From contig JBDREC010000049.1 in assembly GCA_043820105.1 (NCBI GenBank), positions 1-64,000 on the forward strand: DNA of 64,000 nt, in the 5' to 3' direction. Position numbers and translations under genes: made by a program. The stretch's first letter is position 1. Every line of letters begins with the position of its first letter. The notes under the pieces are model-generated. The model was not told the origin of the DNA. It ran no database searches and worked only from the letters and a program-made list of their open reading frames with translations. Shown one piece after another: positions 47,214-58,211 of the stretch. The stretch is from Pseudomonadota bacterium (lineage in GTDB: Bacteria; Bdellovibrionota_F; JAHFAK01; JBDREC01).

Positions 47214-49136
47214 ATGAGTAATATGAATATTGAAATTAAAGATCTTGGCAAATATGAATTGAATGCTGATGCTAATTTTATTGAGGCATTGAAGAGTATT
47301 GATAAGAATTTGTTAAAAGAAAACGTGGCTGTTAAGAGGGATGAAAAGCTTTTTGATATGACTTCACCTGTTTCTAATTTTTTAAAAGAAAATGACCAGG
47401 TTGAATTAGTTGGAATCGAAAGTGAAGAGGGGCTTGATATCCTCAGGCATTCAACTGCCCATATTATGGCTTGTGCTGTGAAAAGAATTTTTAATGATGT
47501 TGAAATAGCAATTGGTCCAACAATTCAAAATGGATTTTACTATGATTTTGATATTGATACCACTTTTACTCCTGATGATTTGAAAAAAATTGAAAAGGAA
47601 ATGAAAAAGATAATTGGTCAAAATCTAGCTTTTGAAAGACAAGTTATTTCAAAAGATGAGGCAAAAAAGCTTTTTGAAAATGAAAAATATAAACTTGAGC
47701 TAATTGACGATGTAGAAGACGAAGTTGTTAGTATCTATAGACTTGGTGAATTTACTGATCTTTGTAGAGGTCCTCATCTTCCAAGTTCTGGTAAAGTAAA
47801 AGCCTATAAGCTTTTAAATTCAGCAGGAGCTTATTGGCGCGGAGATGAAAAAAACAAGATGCTGCAAAGAATTTATGGGACATCTTTTTCAGCGAAAGAA
47901 GCTTTAGATGAATATTTGCAAATGCTAAAAGAGGCAAAGAAAAGGGACCACAGAAAACTTGGAAAGGAATTAGAACTTTTTAGCATTAATGAAGAAGTTG
48001 GACCAGGTCTTGTGCTTTGGCATCCTAAAGGCGGCTTAGTTAGAACTTTGATCGAGGATTTTTGGAGAAAAGAACATCTTAAAAATGGTTATGATATCGT
48101 TTATACTCCTCATATTGCTCAAAACCATTTGTGGCACACTTCAGGGCACTATGGGTTTTATGCAGAAAACATGTATTCAACAATGGAAGTTGATGAAAGG
48201 CAATATCAGATCAAGCCTATGAACTGCCCTTATCATATGGAAATTTATAATAGTAAAATTCATTCTTATAGAGACCTTCCTTATAGATGGGCAGAGCTTG
48301 GTACAGTTTATCGCTATGAGCGCTCAGGAGTGCTACATGGTTTAATGCGTGTTCGTGGTTTTACTCAGGATGATGCTCATATTATTACTACAGAAGAACA
48401 ATTTCCAGAAGAAGTGGAAAGAACTGTAAGATTTTGCCTTCATATTCTAAATTCTTTTGGTTTTGATAAATTTGTCGTTTATTTAAGTACAAAGCCAGAA
48501 AAGGCTGTGGGAACAGATGAGTCCTGGGAAAGAGCAACTTCTACCTTGAAAAGTGTGCTTGAAAAAGTTGGGCTTGAATATAAGTTAGACCCTGGAGAAG
48601 GCGTTTTCTATGGTCCCAAAATTGATATTAAGATAAAAGATGCCTTAAATAGAGAATGGCAGTGCTCCACAATACAACTAGACTTTAATTTGCCTGAGCG
48701 CTTTGATATGAAATATGTTGATACTAATGGCAATTCTGTTAGACCAACAATGATTCACAGGGCACTGCTTGGTTCAATTGAACGCTTCTTTGGTGTTATG
48801 ATTGAACACTATGCAGGGGCCTTTCCAGTATGGTTGTCTCCAGTGCAAGTTTCCTTGCTCTCCATTACAGATCGAGCTGTACCATTTCTTGAAGAAGTAG
48901 CAAAGAAATTAGAAGAAAATGATATTAGGGTTGAGCGTGATTTTAGAAGCGAAAAATTGGGATTTAAAATTAGAGAAGCAAGGCTTAAAAGAACCCCATT
49001 CATGGTTATTGCAGGCGACCAAGAAGTTGAAGATAGAAATGTTTCACTCAGAACTAGATGGCAAGAGGATATTAAAGGAATGGATGTTGACAAATTAATT
49101 CAAAGAGTTAATAAGGATATTGAAAAAAAGTCGTAA
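47214..49136 (+). CDS. thrS: threonine--tRNA ligase
   Basis: LRHSTAH, DLCRGPH, RDHRKLG, KPMNCP, RVRGFTQDDAH, FYGPKID. Confidence 0.98.
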   Translation: MSNMNIEIKDLGKYELNADANFIEALKSIDKNLLKENVAVKRDEKLFDMTSPVSNFLKENDQVELVGIESEEGLDILRHSTAHIMACAVKRIFNDVEIAIGPTIQNGFYYDFDIDTTFTPDDLKKIEKEMKKIIGQNLAFERQVISKDEAKKLFENEKYKLELIDDVEDEVVSIYRLGEFTDLCRGPHLPSSGKVKAYKLLNSAGAYWRGDEKNKMLQRIYGTSFSAKEALDEYLQMLKEAKKRDHRKLGKELELFSINEEVGPGLVLWHPKGGLVRTLIEDFWRKEHLKNGYDIVYTPHIAQNHLWHTSGHYGFYAENMYSTMEVDERQYQIKPMNCPYHMEIYNSKIHSYRDLPYRWAELGTVYRYERSGVLHGLMRVRGFTQDDAHIITTEEQFPEEVERTVRFCLHILNSFGFDKFVVYLSTKPEKAVGTDESWERATSTLKSVLEKVGLEYKLDPGEGVFYGPKIDIKIKDALNREWQCSTIQLDFNLPERFDMKYVDTNGNSVRPTMIHRALLGSIERFFGVMIEHYAGAFPVWLSPVQVSLLSITDRAVPFLEEVAKKLEENDIRVERDFRSEKLGFKIREARLKRTPFMVIAGDQEVEDRNVSLRTRWQEDIKGMDVDKLIQRVNKDIEKKS

Positions 49137-49222
49137 GCTATATGTCGTAAGTCATAAGAAATTTTAATTGAAATAGCTTCTTATAAAACTTACCACTTAC
49201 CACTTTATAAGGAGATACGGTC

Positions 49223-49735
49223 ATAAGTAAAGAAAAGATTAAAGTTAACAGGGATATTAAAGTTCCTAATGTTAGACTGATTGGTGCAACAGGTGAGCAG
49301 CTCGGTATTGTTAGTACTTTGGAAGCTATTAAAATCGCTAAAGATAATGGAATGGATCTCTTAGAGGTTGCTCCAAACGCCGAACCCCCTGTTTGCAGGA
49401 TCATGGATTTTGGAAAATATAAATACGAAAAAAAGAAAAAATCCAAAGAAGCCAAAAAACATCAAAATGTGGTTCAAATTAAGGAAATTCAACTAAGTCC
49501 TACGACTGAAGAGCATGACATTAATTATAAAATAAATCATATTAAAAGATTTTTGGCTGATGGAAATAAAGCAAAAGTGACAATTCGATTTAAAGGACGA
49601 GAAGTTAACCACGCTGGAATTGGTAAAGCCCTTTTAACCAGGGTTATTGACAAAGTAGCAGATATAGCGACAGTTGAACAGGAAGCCAGGCTTGAAGGTA
49701 AAAGAATGTCAATAATTCTTATTGCAAAGCCATAA
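49223..49735 (+). CDS. infC: translation initiation factor IF-3 (non-canonical ATA start)
   Basis: AAGGAG RBS 8 nt before an in-frame ATA at 49223; extension gives VNRDI...VRLIG..GEQLGI; PPVCRIMDFGKYKYE. Confidence 0.93.
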   Translation: MSKEKIKVNRDIKVPNVRLIGATGEQLGIVSTLEAIKIAKDNGMDLLEVAPNAEPPVCRIMDFGKYKYEKKKKSKEAKKHQNVVQIKEIQLSPTTEEHDINYKINHIKRFLADGNKAKVTIRFKGREVNHAGIGKALLTRVIDKVADIATVEQEARLEGKRMSIILIAKP

Positions 49736-49858
49736 AAAGTTTCAAATAAATGTAAGTTTTTTCTTGAAAATTAAATCCATTGTGATAAAGACACCTGACA
49801 TTCAGCGTGCAGGTATATCATTTTCGTGAAAATAGTATGCCTAAAAAAGGAGAAAAAT

Positions 49859-50059
49859 ATGCCAAAGATTAAAACACATAGAGCGGCAGCAAAGAGATTT
49901 AAGATTACTGGATCCGGGAAAATCAAAAGATCAAAAGCTTATTCTGCCCATATTTTAACTAAAAAGACAACAAAGAGAAAAAGAAATCTTCGTAAAGCAA
50001 CAGAAGTAAGCAAAGAAGATAAGGCAAGAATCAAAAGATTGCTGCCTAATTCATTATAA
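49859..50059 (+). CDS. rpmI: 50S ribosomal protein L35
   Basis: [23 protein letters not shown]. Confidence 0.96.
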   Translation: MPKIKTHRAAAKRFKITGSGKIKRSKAYSAHILTKKTTKRKRNLRKATEVSKEDKARIKRLLPNSL

Positions 50060-50081
50060 ATAAAGGATTTTGAGGTAAATT

Positions 50082-50441
50082 ATGCCAAGAGCAAAAGGTG
50101 GATTTTCAACACGTAGAAGAAGAAAAAAGATATTAAAATTAGCCAAAGGTAATCAAGGAGCAAGAAGCAAGCTTTTTAAATCAGCCAAGGAGGCTGTCCA
50201 TAGGGCACTGGCTTATGCTTATAGAGATAGAAGAAATAGAAAAAGAGAATTTAGGAACTTATGGGTTATTAGAATTGGTGCAGCTGCAAAAGAATGTGGT
50301 ATTAGCTACTCAAGATTAATTCATGCCCTAAAACTTTCTAATATTACAATGAACAGAAAGAATCTTGCTGCAATCGCTGTTTCAGATAAAGAAGGTTTTG
50401 CAAAGATCGTTGAAACTGCAAGACAAGCCGTTCAAGCTTAA
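50082..50441 (+). CDS. rplT: 50S ribosomal protein L20
   Basis: MPRAKGG, YAYRDRRNRKREFRNLW. Confidence 0.97.
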   Translation: MPRAKGGFSTRRRRKKILKLAKGNQGARSKLFKSAKEAVHRALAYAYRDRRNRKREFRNLWVIRIGAAAKECGISYSRLIHALKLSNITMNRKNLAAIAVSDKEGFAKIVETARQAVQA

Positions 50442-50470
50442 AATATTTGTTCCATAAATTATTAATTAAT

Positions 50471-52645
50471 TTAATCACCAATATCAATATATTGTAAGGC
50501 TTCCATTTCTCCATCTTCATCCCCAATATTTTCGGTATTTCCTTGTCCAAGTTGACCCGATGAATTACCACCCCAACATTTAATAGCATTATTATCTAAA
50601 AGAGCGCAGGTAAATATTGATCCAGCGACTAAATAAACAGCACTTCTTCCTTCTCCAAGATCAACATAATCCTGATCTGCAACTTCGCGAAATGTACTAT
50701 CTCCAATGTCACTTGTATGTCCATATCCTAATTGACCAAAGGTATTTTTTCCCCAACATTTAACCTGATTATTATCTAAAATTGCGCAAGTATGATTATA
50801 TCCTGCTTCAACTTGCAAGGCTGAACGGTTATCACCAAGATCAATAGTCCCAAAACTATCCATTGGATTTGACCAACCTCCGCGTGATGTGGTGTCTCCA
50901 TAACCAAGGCGACCGTCACTTCCATTCCCCCAGCATTTTATCTGGGTATTGTCTAAAAGAGCACATGAATGGGATTCACCAAGACTTAGGTCAATGGCAT
51001 ATCTTCCATCACCCATTGAAGTAGCTGCAACAGCACTTGGATCCGATTCTGCATTTGGTAAACCATCTTGTCCAAGTTGAAGATTAGTATTTTGCCCCCA
51101 GCACCTAACACTGTTATCATTTAGTATTGCACAAGTATGTTCTTTGCCAGTTGCTACTTTTAAAACAGTTTCAGAATTCCCAAAATCAATAGCCAAAAGA
51201 TTATCACCCATTTCATTGGGTTCATCGCCTCTGTCATTGACATCACCATAACCAAGTTCTCCTCGCAAATTATCACCCCAGCATTTCAATGAGTCATCAT
51301 TTAAAATGGCACATGTATGATTATAAAGTGTTGCAAAATCTTTTACAGTTACACCTGAGCCTAAATCAACATAATCCAAAGTTTCCATTTCTGAAATAGA
51401 ATCACCAATTATACTATGTGTAGTCCAATCTCCAATTCCTAGACTTCCTTCTTCATCCAAGCCCCAGCATTTGATTTTTGAATTACTTAATAAAACACAA
51501 GTATGTCCATATCCGCCTTTTACATTCAATACTGTTAGGCCTTCAGCTGGATTTGTTTCAATTAAATACTCTCCCATTTCATCTGCATTATCACCAATAT
51601 TATTTATACTTCCAATTCCAAGCTGAGCATTTGTGTTCGAACCCCACCCTTTCAAGACGCTAGTATCATTTATGATCCAAACATTATTTAACCCTTTGAA
51701 TAAACTTGAGACATTGCCCTCATAAGTGTCATCATCGCCATCGCCGTCACCATCTCCATCACCATCTCCATCACCATCTCCATCACCGTCTCCATCACCA
51801 TCTCCATCACCATCTCCATCACCGTCTCCATCACCATCTCCATCACCGTCTCCATCACCGTCTCCATCGCCATCACCATTACCATCAACTGAAACTTCTT
51901 CCTCCACTTCATCAATATTTTCATAGCTTGTTAATTCTATTTCAGGACTTGCATAAAAGCTGTTATCTTCACTTAACTCAAGCACAAGCTCGCCAATTTC
52001 AATTTCCAGGGATAAACTTGAATTTATTGTGACTGCTATGTTCTGACCTTCTTTAGCATTTACAGGAATTTGCAAATCATCATCAATGATATGGCAGGAA
52101 AACTCAAAAATATCTGTGCATGTTGGAAAGAATATCATTAGTTTAAAATTAACACCATTAATTATTGGCAAAGAAAAACTACCATCTGTCTCAATTAAAG
52201 CATATGCAAAAAGTGTTTCCAATGAATTTGAACTCGTTTCAATATCTTCATAAGCACCTATCATAGCAGCAAAGTTAAGATAAGTAGCAGTGCTTGCTTT
52301 ATTAAAACTTTTATATGTTGGAACAGGTACATTAACAGGACTGGTTATGCCGTAGGCTTCTGTGGAACTTGGAACTGGTATGTTTATTGGGCTTGTAATT
52401 CCTTCTTTTGATACAACATCATTTCTAGTGATAATATCTGTGCGTGTAATAATGTCTGTTCTTGTAATTATGTCTTCAAGATCAACACTACCACTTATTC
52501 TTGAAATAGTCATATCTTCATAAGTTTCATTTGAGCTTGATTTATCATCATTGAGAAGGTCATCAGACTCGGATTTACTGCAGCCCAGGCAATAAAATAT
52601 AAGTAAAAGGAAGAGAAAATAATTTTTAATATTTGCAATGCTCAT
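50471..52645 (-). CDS. lipoprotein: shared N-terminal domain, (GD)n linker, RCC1-like beta-propeller
   Basis: Lipobox LGC; repeated HTCA.L.....KCWG.N..GQLG. Confidence 0.85.
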   Translation of the reverse strand: MSIANIKNYFLFLLLIFYCLGCSKSESDDLLNDDKSSSNETYEDMTISRISGSVDLEDIITRTDIITRTDIITRNDVVSKEGITSPINIPVPSSTEAYGITSPVNVPVPTYKSFNKASTATYLNFAAMIGAYEDIETSSNSLETLFAYALIETDGSFSLPIINGVNFKLMIFFPTCTDIFEFSCHIIDDDLQIPVNAKEGQNIAVTINSSLSLEIEIGELVLELSEDNSFYASPEIELTSYENIDEVEEEVSVDGNGDGDGDGDGDGDGDGDGDGDGDGDGDGDGDGDGDGDGDGDGDGDGDGDDDTYEGNVSSLFKGLNNVWIINDTSVLKGWGSNTNAQLGIGSINNIGDNADEMGEYLIETNPAEGLTVLNVKGGYGHTCVLLSNSKIKCWGLDEEGSLGIGDWTTHSIIGDSISEMETLDYVDLGSGVTVKDFATLYNHTCAILNDDSLKCWGDNLRGELGYGDVNDRGDEPNEMGDNLLAIDFGNSETVLKVATGKEHTCAILNDNSVRCWGQNTNLQLGQDGLPNAESDPSAVAATSMGDGRYAIDLSLGESHSCALLDNTQIKCWGNGSDGRLGYGDTTSRGGWSNPMDSFGTIDLGDNRSALQVEAGYNHTCAILDNNQVKCWGKNTFGQLGYGHTSDIGDSTFREVADQDYVDLGEGRSAVYLVAGSIFTCALLDNNAIKCWGGNSSGQLGQGNTENIGDEDGEMEALQYIDIGD
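51728..51886 (-). repeat. coding hexanucleotide repeat encoding about 25 Gly-Asp units
   Basis: (GAY GGN)n tract; similar tracts at about 54068-54195, 56218-56283 and 27231-27273. Confidence 0.9.
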
Positions 52646-52661
52646 TAATGAAGTCTCCACA

Positions 52662-54965
52662 TTATTTTTCAAGTGTCATAAAAAATATATCATTTTCCCC
52701 ATTGGATGTTCGTTCTGATGTTGATGGTAAAAAGTCAAAATCAGTAGTACCTTCAAAGGAACCGCTTACATAAAGTGTGTTATTAAGATTTGTTATAGAA
52801 AGATTATAAGCATTTTCCAGGCTTGTGTGCTCGGGTCTTACTGTCCAGCCATAGCTTCTGTCACTATTAATTTTTGTGATAAAATGGCCATATGTTGTTT
52901 CGCTTGTCTGATTGTCCTGGGCTGCATCAGTAAAATCAAAATCAACTTCGTCCTGGAAATAGCCAACAATAAAAACATCTTCATTTGCATCAACAGCTAT
53001 ACTTGTAGGAACATCATCTCCCGTCCCACCAAATGCCTCTGCCCAAGAAAAGAATCCATCACTGTCAAACTTTGAAACAAAAATATCATTTCCACCTTCA
53101 GATGTTTTATTTGTTGAGCCATCCGTTGGATCTAAATCAGTAGTCAGTGTAAATATTCCCGTGACATAAATATAGTCATTATAGAAAATTATATCTTTTC
53201 CTACATCATTTCCTTCACTTAGATTACCAGTTGCTCCAAAGGAGCGAACCCAGGTAAATGCACCAGCATTTGTATATTTTACTATAAAAACATCTGTTGT
53301 CGTTGTGTCTCCAGCTACCGTTTTTTCGGCGTCTTCCAGTTCATCCGGGTAACTGAAATCACAGGTCGCTGTGAAGTGTCCTGTTGCATATACATTTGCA
53401 CCGTCATCAACAGTTATTTCTATTTCAGTCTCATTAAATCCACCTCCAAAAGTTCTGGTCCATTCATAATTTCCACTATTACCATATTTTGAAATAAAAA
53501 GATCGCTTGAGCCAGTAGGATTTTGTAGGTCTTCTCCTGCTCCTGGATCAAAATCTACTTCAGCATCAAAATTGCCAGCCACATAGACAGTAGTACCAAT
53601 AACTTCAATATCTTTTCCAGCATCTGCTGAGCCAGCACCTATTTGTTTTACCCATTGAAAGGTTCCCTCGCTGTCAGCTTTATAGATGAATATATCGGGA
53701 GAATTCGGTGTAAGGATTTCAGGAGTTCCATTTGGGTTGAAATCCATTTCATCCTGAAAAGTTCCCGTTACATAGACATTTCCAGCTGCGTCAAGTGCCA
53801 TGGCAAAAGCTTCATCTGTGCCATCTGATTGAAGCACATTAACCCAGACTGGAAAACCAGCAGGAGAATATTTTGCAATGAATATATCTTTTGTGCCACT
53901 TTCTGAAGTATAGCTTCTTTCATTTTCACCAGGATCAAAATCCACGGTTCCAGTAAAGGAACCACAAATATATATATTTCTATCTGCATCAACGGTACTG
54001 TCATAAACAGTATCGTATGATGATCCTCCAAATGCTTTAACTAAATCAAAATCTGGAGAAACAAGTTCGCCATCGCCATCACCGTCGCCATCACCGTCTC
54101 CATCACCGTCTCCATCCCCATCGCCGTCGCCATCACCGTCGCCATCACCGTCACCATCACCGTCACCGTCACCATCACCATCGCCATCACCATCTGCTAT
54201 TACTTCTTCATATAATAGCACTTCTTCAAAACTACTTGGAAGGTTTTCAGGTATTGCACTAAATGTTCCATCTTCCTTTTCTTTAATAGCTATTTCACCT
54301 AAATCCAATGTTATCGAAGAGTCTTCATTCAAGACAATTATGCCTTCTGAATCTTCATCATTATCACCTTCTAGTGGAATAGAGATTTCTTTTGCTGCAT
54401 TTGCTTTTCGACATTCATCATCAAATAAATCTAAACATTGATTTGTTGGAATAAATAAGACTATTTTAGATGGCAAACCATTAAATATTGGAAGACTAAT
54501 TTCTCCATCTGAGCCCACAAATGAATATGTTACCATATTTTCAATTAAATATTCCTTGTCAATAACATCTGATTCATCTAGAATTTCAACACTAGCTGCA
54601 ATTATAACAATATCACTAGAACTGACATTTTTGATTAATTGAGATTTGAATCCCGCTTGTAATAAGTCAAGAGTTGCTTGTGGGATTGGAACGTTGACAG
54701 GGCTTGTTATTCCTTCAGTATCAATTGCATCAGTTCTTGTAATAATATCAGTTCTTGTTAAAATATCAGTCCTTGTAATAATATCATCAAGGTCAACTGT
54801 ACCTGTAATTCTTGAAAGGATATTTTCTTCATATGTTTCATTTGTTGTAGTGGAAATAGGATCATCTTCATTTGTTTTTACGTTGTTTGATTGACTGCAG
54901 GAGAATGCAAATATAGCTAGAAGTATTATCAAAAAGACGAGCTTTTTAAGATTTGACTTTTGCAT
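52662..54965 (-). CDS. lipoprotein: shared N-terminal domain, (GD)n linker, SBBP-like beta-propeller
   Basis: Lipobox FSC; repeated D..GNVYVTG.F....DFDP...DIFI.K....G...W. Confidence 0.85.
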   Translation of the reverse strand: MQKSNLKKLVFLIILLAIFAFSCSQSNNVKTNEDDPISTTTNETYEENILSRITGTVDLDDIITRTDILTRTDIITRTDAIDTEGITSPVNVPIPQATLDLLQAGFKSQLIKNVSSSDIVIIAASVEILDESDVIDKEYLIENMVTYSFVGSDGEISLPIFNGLPSKIVLFIPTNQCLDLFDDECRKANAAKEISIPLEGDNDEDSEGIIVLNEDSSITLDLGEIAIKEKEDGTFSAIPENLPSSFEEVLLYEEVIADGDGDGDGDGDGDGDGDGDGDGDGDGDGDGDGDGDGDGDGDGELVSPDFDLVKAFGGSSYDTVYDSTVDADRNIYICGSFTGTVDFDPGENERSYTSESGTKDIFIAKYSPAGFPVWVNVLQSDGTDEAFAMALDAAGNVYVTGTFQDEMDFNPNGTPEILTPNSPDIFIYKADSEGTFQWVKQIGAGSADAGKDIEVIGTTVYVAGNFDAEVDFDPGAGEDLQNPTGSSDLFISKYGNSGNYEWTRTFGGGFNETEIEITVDDGANVYATGHFTATCDFSYPDELEDAEKTVAGDTTTTDVFIVKYTNAGAFTWVRSFGATGNLSEGNDVGKDIIFYNDYIYVTGIFTLTTDLDPTDGSTNKTSEGGNDIFVSKFDSDGFFSWAEAFGGTGDDVPTSIAVDANEDVFIVGYFQDEVDFDFTDAAQDNQTSETTYGHFITKINSDRSYGWTVRPEHTSLENAYNLSITNLNNTLYVSGSFEGTTDFDFLPSTSERTSNGENDIFFMTLEK

Positions 54966-55145
54966 ATATCCCCAACATAGCGTACAGTGTACAGCGTACG
55001 GCGTATAGTGTACTGTTGTTTTTTACCCTTCTATATTATTATAACATAAATATGTAGAATTTGTCAAAAAAAGTGAGCTAAATTTCATTGGCAATTAGTG
55101 AATGAATACATGGCGTTATTGGTAGGGGTTTGGTTTTTTTTATGT

Positions 55146-57053
55146 TTAATTGATTATTATTGCAAAGTCATGGTCAAGGCTTATTGTTGTATTGTACCAA
55201 CATACTAGATCACTGTTTTCAGTTAATGCGCAGTAATTATTGGCAATTCTGTCTTCAAAGAGATAAATGGAGTCAATTTCTGCTAGTGCATCTGGAGGTC
55301 TCAGATTATCTCCCATTTCTGATGTTAATAGGCTTGAATCTTTTCCTATAAACCCACCTGCTTTTGTAAAGCCAGCTTCTCCATTTCCAACAGCCCCCCA
55401 GCAGCCAATTTCGCCTGTATCAAATAATGCACATGTGCTTGAGGCACTTGTGGCAAGTTTTATTACTGTTCTATTTGAGCCTAGGCTCAGGGCTTGTAAG
55501 TTATTTCCCATTTCAGAGGGCTCATCTCCAATATATCCTGAGCTGACACCAATTCCCAATGTTACTCCAACTCCCCAGCATTTTACTGAATCATTATCAA
55601 GTAAAGCACAGGTGTGATCATCTCCAGCTACAATTTGTTGTGCTGTACGACCATCTCCAAGATCTATTGCACTCATAGTCAAAGCATATGAATCTGTATT
55701 ATTACCTTGTCCGAGTTCTCCCCAGGCATTATCTCCAACGCATAGGGCTTCGCCATTTGTGAAAATAAAACATGCGTTACTCCAAGACAAGGAAATAGAA
55801 CTGACATTTTTAGTTCCAAAGTTTAAAAAGGAAACTGCACTTAAATTTTCATTATCACCTATCGATTCACCATAAAGCCCCAAAATGACATCAGTGCTTC
55901 CCCAGCACTTAACTCTTCCAAGGCTTGTTACCATGCAATTTCCAGCTCCACGGCCTTCTATGTCAGCCACTGTTTCTCCTTCAGATAAACCAAAATCAAT
56001 AATATTGTCGTTACTAGGAATTCTTGAAAAGTTTTGAACAGAAGTGTCTGTTTCAGGACAATCATGTCTAGCAGTATCACCAAGGCCAAGGGCAGCACCA
56101 TAGTTATTTTCATCGCCACAACATTTTACCTGGCCAGCACTTGTCAAACCACATAAGGTTGAAAATTTAGTCATCCCTTCAAAAACATTTCCAGAAGGCA
56201 AGCTGATTGTAATTATATCATCGCCATCGCCATCGCCATCGCCATCACCATCACCATCACCATCACCAGCTACATCACCATCGGTTTCTTCCTCTGCAGA
56301 TTCTTCATCATAGTCAATAACATCATCAAAACTAGTTAGAAAATTATCAGGGATAGCTCTAAATGATCCATCTTCATTTTCTTCAATAGCAATATTGCCA
56401 AGGTCTAAACTTAACGATGAATCATCATTTAAGATTATTGTATTTGATGAATCTTCACTGGTATTTATTTCAATCGAGATTTCCTTTGATGAATTTTCCT
56501 TTCTGCAGCTTTCATCCACAAGATCCTTACACAAATTTGTAGGAATTAAAATAGCTATTTTTGTTGGCAGGCCATTAAAAACCGGAAGTGAAAAATCACC
56601 ATTTTCATCTATTAAAGAATATGTAACCATATTTTCAATTAAATAATCAGCATCTATTATACTGTTTTCATCAAGTATTTCAATGCTTATAAGAAAGATT
56701 GCTGGCTCACTTGAGTCAGAGTTTTTGAAAGACTTAAGCTTGATATGTTTTTTAAGTGTTTCAGATGTTGCTAAAGGGATTGGCACATTAACTGGTAATA
56801 TTATTCCTTCTTTATCTACGACATCTGATCGTTGAATTAAATCTGTTCTTCGGGAAATATCGGCCCTTGAGATAATATCATCAATATTCAAACTTCCAGA
56901 AATTCTTGAAATTACATTGTTTTCATATGTTTCATTTATTATCTCTGGACTTTTATCATCTGCTTTTATTTCATCTGATTTTTGACAAGAAAATAGCAAT
57001 ATACAGTGGAAAATGCTAAGAATGATGATTACTTTTTTTAATAATTGTAGCAT
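55146..57053 (-). CDS. lipoprotein: shared N-terminal domain, (GD)n linker, RCC1-like beta-propeller
   Basis: Lipobox FSC; HTCALLDNDSVKCWG repeats. Confidence 0.85.
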   Translation of the reverse strand: MLQLLKKVIIILSIFHCILLFSCQKSDEIKADDKSPEIINETYENNVISRISGSLNIDDIISRADISRRTDLIQRSDVVDKEGIILPVNVPIPLATSETLKKHIKLKSFKNSDSSEPAIFLISIEILDENSIIDADYLIENMVTYSLIDENGDFSLPVFNGLPTKIAILIPTNLCKDLVDESCRKENSSKEISIEINTSEDSSNTIILNDDSSLSLDLGNIAIEENEDGSFRAIPDNFLTSFDDVIDYDEESAEEETDGDVAGDGDGDGDGDGDGDGDDIITISLPSGNVFEGMTKFSTLCGLTSAGQVKCCGDENNYGAALGLGDTARHDCPETDTSVQNFSRIPSNDNIIDFGLSEGETVADIEGRGAGNCMVTSLGRVKCWGSTDVILGLYGESIGDNENLSAVSFLNFGTKNVSSISLSWSNACFIFTNGEALCVGDNAWGELGQGNNTDSYALTMSAIDLGDGRTAQQIVAGDDHTCALLDNDSVKCWGVGVTLGIGVSSGYIGDEPSEMGNNLQALSLGSNRTVIKLATSASSTCALFDTGEIGCWGAVGNGEAGFTKAGGFIGKDSSLLTSEMGDNLRPPDALAEIDSIYLFEDRIANNYCALTENSDLVCWYNTTISLDHDFAIIIN

Positions 57054-57210
57054 TAAGCCCCAAACTCTTGATAAAAATATGCTTTTCAAACAATTATATC
57101 ATAAGAACACCAGATATCCAAAAAAAAATATAGTGGTAAAATATAGATTTTTTTTGTAAATTTAATTAAAAAAAAGTAGAATCTTAATTCATTCCCTAAA
57201 AAAGAGGCTA

Positions 57211-58143
57211 TTGTTGAAGACGAAATTTATAATAAATTCTCTTAAGCATAAAGAAACTAATAAAATAATATCTAAAATTTCCAATTTAAAAGATCAAAAT
57301 ATTTCAAGTTCCTATACAAAACAAGCCGGGGATGCAATTAAACTTACTCAAGAAGCAATAGAAGATGGTTTCAAAAAAATAATATCTTTTGGCGGCGATG
57401 GGACTCACTCTGAAGTTGTTAATGGGTTTTTCAAAAACGAGAAACTAATAGGCAAAGATGTTTGCTTTGGTTTTGTAAGCCTAGGTTCAGGAAATGATTT
57501 CCAAAAAAATTTCAAACCTAAAAGCCTAAAAGAACTTTTAGAAGAAAAAAACTATCAAAATATAGACTTAGGTAAAATCACATTTCGCCAACAGCGCAAG
57601 ACGGACTTAACAAATTTCAAGACGGAGGTTCGTTATTTTTTAAATATTGCTGAGTTTGGATTTATTCCAAGGATCGTGAAAGAATTTAATGAAACTTCAC
57701 AAAAAAAGAGCATTATTAAGGGAAAAGCACGGTATATTAGCTGTTTTTTGAAAAAAATGAAGGAATTTGAGGAATTTGATCTAGAAATCACCCGAGAGGA
57801 TTCAAAAAAACTTAATAATACTGTAACAAATGTAAATATTGCAAATGGATCATTTTATGGTGGGGGATATAAGATTGCACCAAGTGCTAAAATTAATGAT
57901 GGCTTTTTTGATATTGTGGTTTTTGGAAAAATGGGAAGAACAAAATTTTCATCTTTAATGTTAGCTTCACTAAAAGGACTCCATAAATTTAATAAAGCTG
58001 TTGCAATTTTTCAAACAAAATACATTGAGTTTAAACCCTTGTCTGAAAGTTCAAAAGTTTTCATTGAAGCTGATGGAGATTTTATTGGATATTTGCCAGC
58101 CACCTTTGAAGTTTTACCGAAGGCACTTAAAATTATTAACTAA
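57211..58143 (+). CDS. diacylglycerol/lipid kinase family protein
   Basis: GGDGT, GSGNDF, NGSFYGGG, DGFFD, EADGD. Confidence 0.88.
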   Translation: MLKTKFIINSLKHKETNKIISKISNLKDQNISSSYTKQAGDAIKLTQEAIEDGFKKIISFGGDGTHSEVVNGFFKNEKLIGKDVCFGFVSLGSGNDFQKNFKPKSLKELLEEKNYQNIDLGKITFRQQRKTDLTNFKTEVRYFLNIAEFGFIPRIVKEFNETSQKKSIIKGKARYISCFLKKMKEFEEFDLEITREDSKKLNNTVTNVNIANGSFYGGGYKIAPSAKINDGFFDIVVFGKMGRTKFSSLMLASLKGLHKFNKAVAIFQTKYIEFKPLSESSKVFIEADGDFIGYLPATFEVLPKALKIIN

Positions 58144-58211
58144 AGATCATTTGACTATCAAAAATTCTTAATATAGCTTTTTTCCAATTCCTCATAATAA
58201 GGAGAATAGCG

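Noticed and set aside
51688-52032. Poly-His, (SP)n and (MEMV)n ORFs
   Set aside because: Alternative-frame readings of the (Gly-Asp)n coding repeat.
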